From Lophium mytilinum (taxonomy: Eukaryota), in contig MU004195.1 of assembly GCA_010093605.1 (NCBI GenBank), positions 930,001-994,000 on the forward strand: a stretch of DNA of 64,000 bases, given 5' to 3'. The position numbers and the translations under genes are program-made. Of the stretch, positions 36,117 to 49,990 are shown in pieces. Numbering within the stretch: position 1 is the first letter of the stretch; every line of letters starts with the position of its first letter. Under the pieces are notes generated by a model. The model was given only the letters and a program-made list of their open reading frames with translations, was not told the DNA's origin and did no database searches.

Positions 36117-39100
36117 TTAATCCAGCCTACGATGCTTGGCAATGATGGTGCACGGCTCTTTCGAATGCCATGCCCTCAGCCCAGCCTCTGCGAGAATATG
36201 CCCTTGGAGCAGGCCCGTTCCACTGCGGACTCTAGCTCCTTCTCCTTTCTCTTCTTCGTCGACCCAGACCTGGATTTCATCAATACTGGCGCTGACTTCG
36301 AATACTCCACTACATAGCAGGACTATGCCAAGCTCGGACTCCACTGTCTCGGCAGGCTGTAGCAAAGGCAGCTTTCTTTGGAGTACCCCTGTCCACGAAA
36401 ACCTCTTGTCCAAATCAAGTGCAGCATTATGCGGTAGATTAGCAAGGGAAGGCTGAAGTCGAAGCAGCGGGTAGATTGGAGCTGAAGACCGGTTGTGTAT
36501 CCTCGTCTTCAGGGTGAGAAACTCGTCGACATAAACCTCGAACTTGGCAGCTCCCGTCTGCCGCACCGCTTTATCATCATCTTCGTAATCAGAAGCAATG
36601 TGCATCGTGATCTTCAGGTCGTCGAGTCTAATGGCTTCGACCATTCTGGAGGTTAAGCGGATGCCTCGCAGGTCAATATCCCCGTGTCGAGCATTGCCTT
36701 CCTCCTTCCAGGAGCCGCGAATGCATTTCAATAGGCCATCACGGTACCAAAATGCTTCCCGGTTGGCCCTCTCAATTTCCGGAGAAATTTGACTTGCACT
36801 GACGACGAATTGGCGCTGGTTTGCGGGGTTCAAAGATGGGATCGCAGCAAACGGATTCTTGAGGTATGTTTTGGGTAATAGAACGGCGATTCGGTTGATG
36901 TGGCCTGGTTGAATGACCTCATGGACGGTATAGGCTCTTGACCATTCTTTGTCGTTGATCTCGTGGTTTGGGGGTTTATCTCGTACTTGAATCGATATTG
37001 ACAACGGGTTCGGCCAAGCGTTCCGCAGATCAAGAAGAAGCATGCAGTGCTCATCGTCGTGTCCTGATAACCCGATTTTGCTTAGCAGTGTGTGAAATCG
37101 ATTGTCGCCCTTCTCAGTAGACTCTGCTCTTGGCCTGGAAGGAGTTGATTGACCCTGGCCTGACTTCCGTAATTGGTTCGACCATGCAAAATCGCCAGTA
37201 AAAGGCAGTATATCAGGTCGGTGCAACTGTATGCTAGCATTGACCGTAACAGAAATAGGCACAGCCAGTTGTCGAGTGAAGAATCTATCTTTGACCTCTG
37301 ATCGTGGCTTCCCTAAATTCGCGTAGTCAAATTGGATGATGCCATCGGTCAGTCGTACCCTTCCCGTAACCTCGATCTCGAATGAGGCCTTTTCGCCAGG
37401 CTTGATTTCGAACGCCTCGTCTTCACTCGCTTTACACCAGCGAAAAGATGGGTAATGTGCTAGTTGTACCTCTAGCTCGTGTAGCTCTGATGGCGGGAGA
37501 TCCTTATTTGACATAGCTGCCTGGATAGCTGCGCTCGCTGAATCTTGGAAGGATATATGGATGAAGTCGACGGAAGTAGTTTTGGAGATATTGTGGAGAG
37601 TGATTGAGAATTTTTTCCTTTCGCCTTCAAGAACCATCAAAGCTGATTGCGGAAGAGAGACGCTAGAAAGTACAGCGAGAGGCTGTTCGGGAATGACAGT
37701 CATAGCCATCGACACAGGAGTGGGGAGTTTCGTTGATGTTGTCTCTGTGGCCTGTGATGTGGTTGACTCACCAGAGACTGGACGTGAAGGAGGTGAAGGT
37801 TTCGAGGCTTGAAGCCCAATGTTCTTTATTTTCGTGTCTGGTTCTGGTCTCCACGGATCCGCGTAGATGGGAAACGTACGTTCTCTGCATCCTTTTATTT
37901 TAACAACGCACCCAGAGATGTTCAGGGTTCCTGAATTACCAGCAGTTGCCCCCAGCGAGAATTTTTGGGTCCGATACGGTCCCAATATCAAAGATCTTCG
38001 AAAAGCCTTGAAAGTGGTACCATCACCAGCGAGTCTCAAGGATTCAACCTCTACTTCGAAATCGTAAGGATTTTGGAGCGCCACAACAAATCCATACTCC
38101 TCATTCGCTACCATGAAGTGCTCTGCGAAATCAGTATCGACTTGTTTGAGAAACGGATTGTGTATGAATGGGCCGTCTTTAGCCGAAGATATCTTGCTTA
38201 GATCGTCCTGGCGGTGTTGAATGAGCAAGCGTGGTCGGGGAGCCTCTATGGTGTACAAACCCCGAAGGAGAAAGTCGTCCCAGTAGTCGGTTTCAATGTT
38301 TTGTAGGCCTAAGCTGCTGGCAGCTCCAACCATACGTGTGATTTTGGTCGCTAGCCGAATCTGCTCCTCTCTAGCTAAAGATACGAACACCTCCGTACTG
38401 TTTGGATGAGGCGCTGTCCCAGGGCCCGCAATCCTCAGAAGAGCCGCTGTGTAGTGAAGCACACCCTGGAAGTCAGGCAACGCCTCGCAGAAGTCTATGC
38501 ACATCCTCAAGATGTCAAGTTTGAGATTGAGATTCCCAAACGATCTCATAGAGGAGGCATTTAACAGTGCTTTGAGCGAAGTATCGTCTCCATTGACATT
38601 GCAATGGTCGTAGTGTGTAGATCCGTTCGTCATGCTAGGCTGGCCTAGCGCACCCAACGATGGCGCTCTTTGATCAGGAATTCCATATATAGCGCACAAC
38701 AAACCGAGGAACGCATCAATGCCACTTTCGACTTCTCCGTCTCCAAGGTTGATCGATCCAGCACCTGAGGCACCTCCACTGGCCATATTAAGAGCGGCTA
38801 GACCTGCCGCCGGGTGAACACCCATCTCCGCGGCCCCAACCTTTCGAGCTTGAACAAGCCCAGGAATCAACGAAGCGACAAATTCTTTCATGACAATAGC
38901 CTTCTTTCTCTGAAGCCCGAGTGACGAAAGCACTGATGCCAGTCCAGCTAGTATCATAATGCGGTCGGTCGCAGTCATGCTCCCGGTTTCCAAAGGAGTG
39001 GGAAACGCACGGAACACTAAGGCGGCAATTTCATATCTCGTTGGAGAAATCGTGGGCCTCGGTAACGATAGTGTGAATGTAGGTACTAGTGGACTACCTC

Positions 39101-40841
39101 GAACAAGATGCTGAAGTGAATCATCGTTCAACTTACCACCGCAAAGATTCATCGCAGTAAGAATCTTGGAAAACCGTATAATGCACTCTGAAAAAGCCAG
39201 TTGGGGCGGAGCCTCGCCAGGGAAATTAGCTGCTCGGGAGTAAAGATTAAGAGTCATGTTTATTAGGTCCGGAAGGACGGAGTTGAGGTTTTGCATCGCA
39301 ACCGAGTGGCTAGCGGGCTTGGGAAGGGTGGCAGCAGATAAATCTGAAACGCTGTTGGATGGCGTATGCTGTGGCGATTTGGTAGTTGATGATTTTTCTG
39401 ACGCTGGATAGCAGATTGATGGAACCTGGGAATTTGATATGGTTAGCAGATGATTGAAGAAATTGAGCGCCAGACCTTTCCGAAGTTAGCGTCTCTTGAT
39501 AGGCACTACTAACCTGAAAGTCCATTCCCGACCACGCAAATAGTAGCAGGCAGACGAGTATGTTTTCGAGCCCTTTCGCGTGCCACAGATGATCGCTAAA
39601 TGCACGTGCTCTTGTAGCATTTTCAACTAGTTCTTTCATTGCGTCTTGCCATCGGCCCGCACACAGGTACAATGTGCCAATAACGATACCAACTCGGCCC
39701 CGGCCCTTGTTACGTGTTCTTTCTCCAACGCCACCAGGCCCAAACCCATGGACTGAAACTCTATCACGACTCGAGTCTCTATTAGTCGCATTCGACTGGG
39801 ACGTAGAGCTGTTGGTACGTGATAGAATATTAGAAACGGACACTCCCGGTATCTCATCGAATGTTCTTGCTGGTGGTATCTGTGTATCTGAAGTACTTGG
39901 CGACGTCGACCTCGAGTCTCCCGTCGAATCGCCACGGATGCTCGTAGCTGCGGAAGAGGAAGAAGGTAATACTGGCATCGACATGCGTTGAAGATTGTTC
40001 GGTGGATTGGTTGCGGGAGAATCCGGCCGGGAAGTTGATATTGCCTGCGAACTTCTTCTTTGAAGCTGAGTAAGAGAATCCGGCATCATCCAATCCGAAG
40101 CGTCCGAGTTGCTACCATGGTGAGACGATGTAGGCGACTTCACCGTTGGGAGTGCCTGAAGCGACTTTGCCAACGTGGTCATTTCCGCTAACAGGGTAGC
40201 TGTCAAATCGCACATGAATGTTTTCATTGTAGTTGTTTTAAGCTGTGATGGGGGAGGAACAAGTATGGTTTCCTCGAGTAGACCTGTCGGACGTGCTTGA
40301 TGAGGACAATCAAACACCATAAGCCTGTGTAGATACACCCGAGGGTACTGTTCACGAAGATCATCAACAGCCTGTCGAAGTTCTTCTGCGCTCTGATAAG
40401 ATTCTTCAACATTCGCATGTCCATCTTTGGATGCGACATCTGCAGCATCGGGCACGGCTGACAGCCAGGCATATTCCTTGGCGTCAGCGATTCCAATTAC
40501 CAAGAGTGGTTCTCTGAACTGCTCGAAAGGCGACAATGCGAGATGAGACGGCGTAGGTAATGATGTTGAGAGTTCATAAAGCAGCACACCGGTAGGGAAA
40601 GCCAGTGGGGAGAACATATCTACAGGGGTCGTGATCAGTAACTAGCTTGACATTCTCCTCAGAGGGACTCCGTACTTCTATCAGGGCGAGCATCAGGACT
40701 GATGTCTCCGAGACGGACCATGCATTCTGGCTGCAGGCGATCCACGAAATTTAGGAACCGAGATCGTTTGATTCTTCCCACCGGCAAGAGAAGGGTGCGG
40801 ATTCTCGCCGGCGCGATGGGTGAAAGAGGATCCATCACCAT
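36117..40841 (-). CDS. trs120: TRAPPII subunit Trs120 (HypA-like)
   Basis: MDPLSPIAPARIRTLLLPVG...|MFSPLAFPTG...FEQFREPLLVIGIAD...GRVGIVIGTLYLCAGRWQDA...DHLWHAKGLE...GPFIHNPF...LQNPYDFEVEVE...LLLDLRNAWP. Two introns at about 40622-40677 and 39428-39512. Confidence 0.9.
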
Positions 40842-41618
40842 CTCCACATCGGGAACGTTCGTCAGGGTGGCAGGAATCTATGTGTCGATGAAGTTCGATC
40901 TGAATCTGATCATTGTGCAACCTGGGAGCAGTGTAAACACCTGGAATATCGAATACCGTTGTTAATTCTGGGGTTGAAGTTCCGTCGGTGAGGCCTAGGG
41001 CTTGGCGCTGCTAGGCTGCTTTTAGAATGGCGCGTGTTCTATTCTAACGGCTTCAGCACATCCCTGAAGACCTCCTGCTGTCAACAACCTTGGACATCAC
41101 AGCTCCAAACCTGCCCCTTCACACGACCCAGCTCTCTCTTTCCTCATTTTCCTTGTCTCAGGATTGCTTGGTGTCTTTCTACAGCGTGCACGCATACTCT
41201 CCTACTAGTGGTTCTCGTGCATCCTCAGCTCGACTTGCCACCTAGGCTGCGAGATACGTCAGCTTAAAGCGAATGTTCGAGAGACAACTCAGCCACGGTT
41301 CCACTCTCTCACCCAATATTTCCTACCTTGGGGACGCTCCAGTGGAGCCTCTGAATACATATTCAGAGCCAAGTACCTCCCCCATCATCTAGATTATCAT
41401 CATCACCCCGGCAGCTTCCTCTTCTATAAAACTACGCCTCGCACCGACCCCCCGTACGGAGCTATTGCTCATCATTATTAGCAGGCCGTTGATCGGTTCT
41501 GCCGCTTTGGACGACGCCAGCCAGCGTGCTCCGCGACTACCGCTTCAAGGCCCTGTTCAGATTTTGATCAAATTAACTGTCTGGGGTGCCAACGTGCTAC
41601 TCTTATCTACTTGTAGCT

Positions 41619-44600
41619 ATGGCCACTATGGATTTTGCGCGACTGCGCAACCAGGCTATGAACGATGGCCAAGACAGTGAAGTCACCGTGAACACACGAG
41701 CGCTCATAGACAAAGTCTTGGCGCGTTACTCTTCCGAACACACGACGCTGAGAGAACTGATACAAAACGCCTCCGACGCTGGAGCAAGCACTGTCGTCAT
41801 AAAGTACGAGACAGATCCATCCCTAAATGTCCCCGCGCCGCAATCCTCTGATGAGTCCGTACTGCTAAAGCACGTGATTCAGCATCACACGCTTAGACGA
41901 CTTACTGTTTCCAACAACGGACAGCCATTCTCGAACGCAGACTGGAGTCGACTGAAGAGCATCGCAGACGGGAACCCCGATGAAACTAAAATTGGAGCGT
42001 TCGGAGTCGGCTTTTATAGCGTCTTTGCCGACTGCGATGAGCCTTTTGTTGTATCAGGAAATAAGATGATGGCTTTTTACTGGAAAGGGAATACACTTTC
42101 GACGAAGGTCGCGGTTTTGAGTCCTGAACAGTCTTCGTCCGACACGACCTTCTCCCTGAAATATCGTCAAGCCAACCCTTCGTCACCCTCTTACAATCCC
42201 TCCAAGGCGCCCAACCTCCCCTCACTATGCCAATTTCTCTCCACTAGCCTTACTTTTGTTGGGCTTAGCTCGATAGAGCTACACCTGGATGGTCATAAGA
42301 TTGCCTCTTTTGGAAAGAAAACGTCTCCACCTTCGGACATCCAAATTCCTGCTGGCTTAAATCCCAAAACCGAAGGTGGCCTCATGACAGTATCACGGGT
42401 ATCCCGGCAGAGCTCACAGATAGATTCTGTGTGGAGTAATGTTATAGCTACCGCACAGAATCCTGCTAGACGCGTCGTTGATGCAGTACCTGCAGAAATA
42501 AAGAACGCGGGCTCTTCTTTAAAAAGTTTCTTCTCGAAACTTTCAGGAAATGCACAGACGAATTCTAGAGCGGCAAGACCTCTTATTCCCGTCGAAAAGC
42601 CTGTCACATTTGGAGAGGATATCTCGGGTGAATCTCGTGCGGTCATTTTCTTGCAAGTCTGTACCGTAGAGGCCGACACGCATGTGACACGTGGATTCTC
42701 TGCCGAGATTGAACGAGCAACCAAGAAGCCGCCACCAAAGAAGACAAAAGTTGCGCTACTGACGTCTCCTTTCCAAGAGATATCAGAATCCCTTTCAACG
42801 GCGTCCGGCACAACATCCGGGCTCTCGGCAAAAATCTTTGCTGACATCCTTCCCACGAATGCTGGCCGGATCTTCATTGGATTTCCGACCGCTCAAACCA
42901 CTGGCATTTTAGCGCACGTATCCGCGCCTTCTTTAATTCCCACTGTGGAGCGGGAAAGCATCGATCTCAATGCTCGTTACATAAGTAACTGGAATTACGA
43001 GCTTTTGAGGGTCGCTGGATTGGCGGCCCGCATTTCCTACGTGCTGGATATATCCGAGATCAAAGCTAAGACCGCAAGCGACGGTACTGGTGTGCCTTCT
43101 TTGATACCAAAGGCAGCCTATGTACTTCAGCAGTACAGTTCCAGTCTCTCAGCTCCGTCAGGACTAGTCGGACAGACGATCGAAGATGCGTTCTGGTCTT
43201 GCAGCAAGGAGCGTTCCATCGATATATTATCCTCGAAAGGTGTTCTGCCGAGCAAATCTGTTCGAATGCCTGCTGAGACTTTGAGTTTCCTGGGTGAAGT
43301 TCCGATGGTACCTCAAGAATTAGCAACTGGGGCCATGGCGTTTATGCTTAGCCTCCACAACCGCGGATTTATTTCTGATTTGACTATGGAAGATATCAGA
43401 AAGGGCCTTGAAGCACGTGCCTTGACCGATACAGAGCTCATGGAGTTTCTCAAATGGTGCAGTAGCAAGCTGGACTCCGGAGAACTGGATCCCCCTAGTG
43501 TACGAAATCTCTTTGCCGTTACCATTGCTGCTTTACAGGATAACAGCACGGATGCTGGTTCTGGCACTATCCTTCAACTATCCACAGTTGAGAGCTATGT
43601 CAACTCTTCGCGAATCAATCCCACTTTGCCAATTCCATCCTGGACGATGCCGTTCAAATTCACGAACTCGATTCCTGTCAAGCAACTACAGATGTTCGGG
43701 TGGCAAGAGTTGTCCATCGTGGGCTGGCTTCGATTCATGACTAGCGGGAACAATCTCGCCAATCTCCTGGCATCCGAAAGTCTGGCTACTCAAACTCTTA
43801 CACTGATTTCCAAAGGCTGGGACCAGATAGATGTAAGTTCGAAGGAAGCCGTGCGAAACATTCTCGCCCCGCACCCCGTTTTACCAACCAAAATGGGAAT
43901 GAGGCGTCCAGAAGAGGCCTATTTCACAACGGTCAAACTTTTTGACGACCTTCCGACGGTGAAGCCGTTTCCAGGAGTAAAAGATAAGTTTCTCCTGGCT
44001 CTTGGAGTACGTAAGACGATCGAGCTATCCGTTGTGTTCGAGCGAATGAAAGCGCCCCAAGGCGGTCAAGATGCCAAGATCAGCTGGAGCCATATGGAAC
44101 TCATTCGCTATTTTGCCTCCGTGCTGCAGGAAATTCCACAGCAAGACTTGGAGCGTCTACGAGAGACAGCCTTTCTCCCCGGAATTGGTTCTGCATCGAA
44201 ACCAGATCAGCTGTTCAAGGCCAGAGATCTGTATGCGCCCGCTCCTTCCATCGGCGCCCTAGGCTTAACGCAAATCAAACTACCTCAAGAGCTCCAATCA
44301 CAGCCTCGCGAAAAGAAGTTCCTTCTCGCTCTTGGATTGATGGAATACCCATCCGCTTTGACCATAATAAAAATAATGGAAGGGGCGGGCCGAACCAATA
44401 ATCGTCATCTTTACGATCTTTCGTTGGTATACTTTTTGCAGAACTACTTTGTCAATGGATACGAGAAGGACAAAGCAAAGATATCTACGCTTAAGATTCC
44501 GTTCCTGCCAACCGAGCAAGTCGACTTCCCAACTCTCGTAGCGCCGTTCCAGTGCTACAGCAATGAGGCCGCCGATTGTTTTGGTTATGCAATCATCCGA

Positions 44601-46871
44601 GCTGATATATCTCCACACGCAGATAAACTTGGGCTACAAAGGGACCCTCCGATCAGGGATGTCGTGCAAAAGCTGTTGTCGCAGCCTGTTAAGAGCAAGA
44701 TTGAGGCCGAAGTCAAATTCTCGTATATAGCCACCAGATTAGGGGATCTAGATTTCACCAAACCCATGTTGACAAGTTTGAGTAGCGCCAAGATCGTTCC
44801 TATCTTCAGGAAGTACCATAGCGCTGGAGGATTCGATGGCCTCAAGGAGAAACAGTCCGGTATCTCGGAGATGCGGATACATCACTATGTGTCCCCAAAC
44901 TCGGTCTTCCTCGGTATGGATCAGGAGTATCGCGACTTGATCGAGTACGTCCAGTACGGACCAGAAGCAACGACTTTTCTTCTGAAAGCCGGCGCCAAGC
45001 ATGAGCCTTCTATATCCGAGCTCGCGAGGCTTCTAGCTGAGAACCCACCCAAGTTTCTCAGTACTATGGGACATGAAAAGTATCTTGGTCTACTGAGGAA
45101 GCTTGCAGAACAGGCTTCCCAGCTCTGGAAAGACAAATCGTTGGCAGATACACTCCGAAAATCCAAGATCCTACTTGGCTACAAGGATATCAAGACCGAA
45201 ACGAAGAAAGAGTATGCCGATGATGACAATTATGAAGACGACGACGTTGCGGGCCTTCGTGAATGGCTATTAGTCAGCGGAAACGAGGTCACAATAATAG
45301 ACGAAGTACATTGGTATTCAAAGTTCCGGGATTATCTCATCGCAGCGCCACAAGAGGAGGTCTTGGAAACCTTCTATGAGAAATTTGGTGCAAAGAAAAT
45401 CTCAGACCAGGTGAAAGAAGAGCCGCGGATCGGAAATCCTCTCCGCGACCAAAAGTCTGCCTTGAAGCTGCAGGAAGCAATCTTCGAACGAAGTAGGCTC
45501 TTTCTCCACGAATACGAGAGGGATGCATCTTCTCATGTGGTGCGCCATGACGCTAAGTGGCTCACCTCGAATCTGAAGGTTGAACTTGTCTCGTGAGTTC
45601 TGAGCACGAACATTTCTTCTCACATGGTACTGACTCATATGATACATAGGGACATTTCGATACGCGTCTCGCTGCTAGACCACAACGTTGCCTATTCCCA
45701 GCGACGCACCGCTTTCATCCGCCGTAGTGGCAGGCATCAGCGCATACTCTCCATTGTTCAGAAATACGACCACTACGACGTCAGCAGTCAGCTTATCCCT
45801 CTATTGATCAAGCGTCCGAAGCAAAACGATGTGATTGCACTGGAGCAGATCCTGACTGAACCTCTTCGACGACTGCAACAGAAAGGCATTAACGTGGAGC
45901 GAATCCTTCGCAAGCAAGAGTACGAAGCGCGCATAGCGCAGCAACAAGAACTGAAACGTCAGGGCGAAGAGAACGCTCGAAGGGCAGAGGAGTTGAAAAG
46001 GAATCCCATTCAGGAACAGCCCGCCAACGGTCACGTCAAAGAGCAACCTTATGAGGAGCCGTCTCGCAATGAGCTAGAATCCCCAGATCCAGCACCAACC
46101 ATGCCCGGTGCCTTCGGCAGTCCCGAGCAGCCTCAACCCTCGGCTCCTCTAAACAGAAACCAACCTGCTCACAAGAACCTCTTCAATAAGTTTGCCAAGA
46201 CCCTCGGCTTCGAACAAGACAAGCGGCTCTCATCCACCAACCCTCCCCAGATCTCAAAAGACCTCCAAGCCACCAAGAAGAACATCCAAAACGCCATCAG
46301 CGAGTGCCGCCCCGCGGGCCGCGACGTAATCGACTCCAAGCACCACGCCGACGCGACTGAGCTAGACAAAGGCGGCTACTGCAACGACGAGCAGGCCGAG
46401 AACATCGCGAAAGCGTACACTGTTCCCATCGACGGCATCAGCATTGATGTATACTTCGGCAAGTTCCAGCTTGAAAAACCGAGAGATATCGAGGAGCCCA
46501 TTTCCGCCTTCCTGCCCCTCATCCTCTCTCTCACCAAGATTTTCGGCGTCGATCCGTCTGCTATCAATATCTTCCTCGATAGCAAGTCGAATACGGTCGC
46601 TTTCAATCTCTCGGGCTCGCTCTTCTTCAATTTGGCTTGGTTCATGGAGCTGCACTGGAGTGAGTGGGGGACGGAGGCCGGGAAGAATAGGGCGTGGGAT
46701 GCGTGGTACCTGACGTACTGCCATGAGCTAGCGCATAACCTGGTGAAGGATCACAACGCGAGGCATCAGTGGTACCAGCAGCAGATTGCGGTCGAGTTTG
46801 CGAGGGGTTTCAGGACGAGATTAGGTGCGTACTTAGGAGGAGAGAAGACCCAGGCGAGTTTGCTCGACTAG
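41619..46871 (+). CDS. Sacsin/NO VEIN-type GHKL ATPase + DUF3684-like region + C-terminal HEXXH metallopeptidase-like motif
   Basis: GHKL boxes LRELIQNASDA, NNGQPFS, KIGAFGVGFYSVF; C-terminal YCHELAHNLVKDHNARH. One intron at about 45594-45649 joins the 1336-aa and 415-aa ORFs. Confidence 0.85.
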
Positions 46872-47250
46872 AGGTGTATGTGAATTAGCTGTTGATCAGC
46901 CGGGGAAAGAGGCTCTTGGGGTGGGGTGAACTATAGGCTTGGATAGGCGTGCATGGTTTGGAATCGGGGTTTTGTTGTGATTATAAGACTTGGCCTTGGG
47001 CTTAGACGTTAGAGACGTAGACAAGCGTGCATATTAATACTCTACTCATGTCCCCTAGTGTAGCATCCCAGGTTTTAGCACCCTTTTAGATTCTGGTACT
47101 TCAGTAACAGCCTCCGTATAGCCATCAACGAATGTGTCATCCCCGAAGATGTCTCGTTTGAACCCCCAAGAGCAAAGCAGAAGAGCTTGTTTATTGACGT
47201 TTGTAACAGCCACGCGGGATATAGTTTTCTCAGTTTGGCCGCCTCTTCCA

Positions 47251-47344
47251 TCCGGTGTAGTTCAGTGTAATGGTTAGAACACAGCGGGACCGCGACCTTC
47301 CGGTCGTGGGTGTTGAGACCCAAGTTCGATCCTTGACATCGGAC
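47251..47344 (+). tRNA. tRNA-like gene with non-canonical anticodon arm (pseudo-tRNA or tRNA-derived Pol III RNA); isotype not assignable
   Basis: Acceptor stem TCCGGTG/CATCGGA, D stem GTTC/GAAC, B-box GTTCGATCC and downstream T-tracts (TTTTCTTTT). The anticodon stem CAGCG/TGTTG encloses 24 nt with no U33. Confidence 0.65.
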
Positions 47345-47520
47345 ACGTTCATGTCGCTTTTCTTTTGCCATTCAAGCATGTCTGAATGGTCTTTTGTGAG
47401 GAGATTATGCGGTGTTCATTTTGGGGTATCTAGTATCTGACTAACTTATACAGGCTCCGAATTAGGTGAGTGGAGTGTCGCTAAGGCCTACTTGGAAAAT
47501 CGGTCGAAGGCCCATAGCCC

Positions 47521-49527
47521 TCAAACAGAATTAGGCCCTTCCCTAGCTTGCTCTTTCTTTTCGTGGTCCAAAAGCCACCGCATCGATTTCTCTAGGTCTT
47601 CCCGATCTTCCTCTGTGCACTCCGGGTCTTCCTCGGAATCCTTTCGTGCATGCTTCCGGATCTCTGTAAACATCGCAACTGCCGTTTCGAAGAGTTCGTG
47701 TAGAATCCAGCCGTCGGAACTCAAGCCGAAGTCTTCAGACAGAGCCTGCCATACGTATTGGCAGCCGTTAAAGCTTTCTGCTTGATCCTTGTGTTTCTTA
47801 AGCTCGGTGGCGGAGAATTGATAGGGGCAAGGCGCAGCAATGCCTAAGCTTTCCCAGTCTCTAGTCGAGTGAGTCAGTTAGACTCGATAGGTAGAAATAC
47901 GAGGATGAAGTATAGAAGCTCGTACCTTTCCAGTCGTTTCAGAATCTCCCGGAGCCTGCAGAGCTCGCCACTCCATGTGCCCACCGCGAAGCACATAAGG
48001 TCCGTTATTCTATCGCGATGAGGATACGTGAGTGCTTTATGAAGTAGAGGGTTCCGCGCTTCTGTCTTCTGGCTGTAGAGGCGCGATTGTATAGATCGAG
48101 CTATCTTGTCACGTATCTTTCCCTTCTCTTCGTCATCCAACTCCTTGAAGTTTTCCGGTAGCTCTAGCATTGAATCTCCAGTATGGCGTAAACAACGAGG
48201 CACTTCCGCTGAAGCAAAAAGCGGCTTGACGGAGATAGCCTGCCAATCAAAAATGTTCGTGATTTTGCCTTCGTGAACTAACACGTTCTGGTCGTGAAGC
48301 TCTGTGTTCCGCAGCCGGAACGACAAGAAATCCGGCTCTTTAGGTGCGATCAAGGGAGTTACGCGAAGGTACTTGCGGAGCATCTCGATGTGAGCTTCTG
48401 GAAATCGCTGGTTGTAGCCCACGCTCCATCGATTGGTCATGTCAAGATTTTCCGGAGCCGCAAATCGGCGGAGCCAGGCGATTTCAGTATGGGCGATGGA
48501 TTCGTAGTAGTCCTGAGCTGTGTGCCCTATTGAGGTATGAGCAAGTCTCTGAAGAAAGTAGATCAAGAGACGACGAACAAGGACCACGGCTGAGACCCAT
48601 ATCCGATTTTCCTTTCTCTGAGAATTCTCTCTCGGTCGTGGGACCGATGACAAACCTAGGAAGGCTCACTCTAGTATCTTCAGAGAAGTCGCCGGTAATA
48701 TTTACTTCTTCACAACCAGGTAAGTCCTGATCAGCATAGTATAGAGCACCAGACCTATATATAGATTTTCAGTATTGACCTACATATCAATTACCATGAT
48801 ACTGACTTGCTGAAAGACACCGAAAGAAATTTCTTCTCAAGATCAACAAGCTCGTCGATGATCTTCTCTCTCTCATAAAGGCTCATTTTGTCCCAAAGAT
48901 ACACCAGCTTAGTACCTGTTTCCTCCCGTTAGATTTCCACGAATGTCGATCTTCTCCAATGGAATTACGCATACCTTTCACCTTCTCCGTAACTACATAT
49001 TCCGCCCCCACCGCATTCTCCTTCGCACACCATGCAAGCACCTTCGGCACCGGCACCCCCATGACGCTGCTCGCAAAATCCATAGTCGCGACCTCTGACG
49101 CGATCGTATACGTCTCTACACCCGCGATAGGATGAGGCACTCTCACCTCAACCTCCGAGCCGTCATCCATCACAAGATCAAAGAGTTTGAAGTAATGAGT
49201 CTCCCACACTTTCTTCATGGAAACACATGACTGCGCGCCAGCGGCCTTAGCGGCTATTTTCTTGAGCTCATCGACGTTGAATTCGCGGTGGCGATCGCGG
49301 AGACTTTGGGTCTCGTTCCAGAGGAAGCGGCCATACGTGTAATTGAAGTAGTCTTCGGAATGGTCTGGGGTTTGGTTCGGTATGGAAGCTGGGGATGGGG
49401 ATGGGGTGGATAGATGCCTGATTTGCTGCGCCGCAATCTGGGGAAGCGTTTTAGGAAAGATTCTGAAGGACGGAGTGCATTTAGGGAGTATTGCGGTGAC
49501 TCGAACGAAAGCTCTAGGGGCGAGCAT
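47521..49527 (-). CDS. APH/phosphotransferase-family kinase-like protein (Aim9-like), probable mitochondrial presequence
   Basis: MLAPRAFVRV...YFNYTYGRFLWNE...FNVDELKKIA...IASEVATMDF...PVPKVLAW...VGAEYVVTEKV|...FVIGP...NTELHDQNVLV...IFDWQ...GLSSDGWI. About four introns. Confidence 0.85.
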
Positions 49528-49990
49528 TTCCCCTTTGAAGTGAAAGGAATATATGCTGCTGTTGAGAGCGAGCAAGTCGCGAGGTTCAGCTATGATTGAG
49601 GTTAGCGTGCACGGCCCAGCAAAAGGGCTACTTGCTACGCTTGACGCCGGGCATCAAAAAAAGTGGTACATTAGGAGGTATTATGTTTTATATACACTGG
49701 TCTGCCCCTGCTAGTGTACCCTTGTAGCTAAGGTAAAAGCAGTCTACGGCTCTAGCGATGCTCACACATGAGGTTGTCGAAGTTACGGATTTGAGGCACA
49801 TTCGGAAATTGATCAACTCGGCGTAAACTTAACATCCGCATGATTTTGTTGAGCACTATATATGTACAAAGAGGACACCTAGCAAAGTTTGCAAGGTCCA
49901 TAAATTAGAAGACAAAATATGTAGCAGAGAAGCGAAACAGGCTGCAGTAATCGCCTAGACAATCAGATAGCTGTCAAGTGCAGAAATCCT

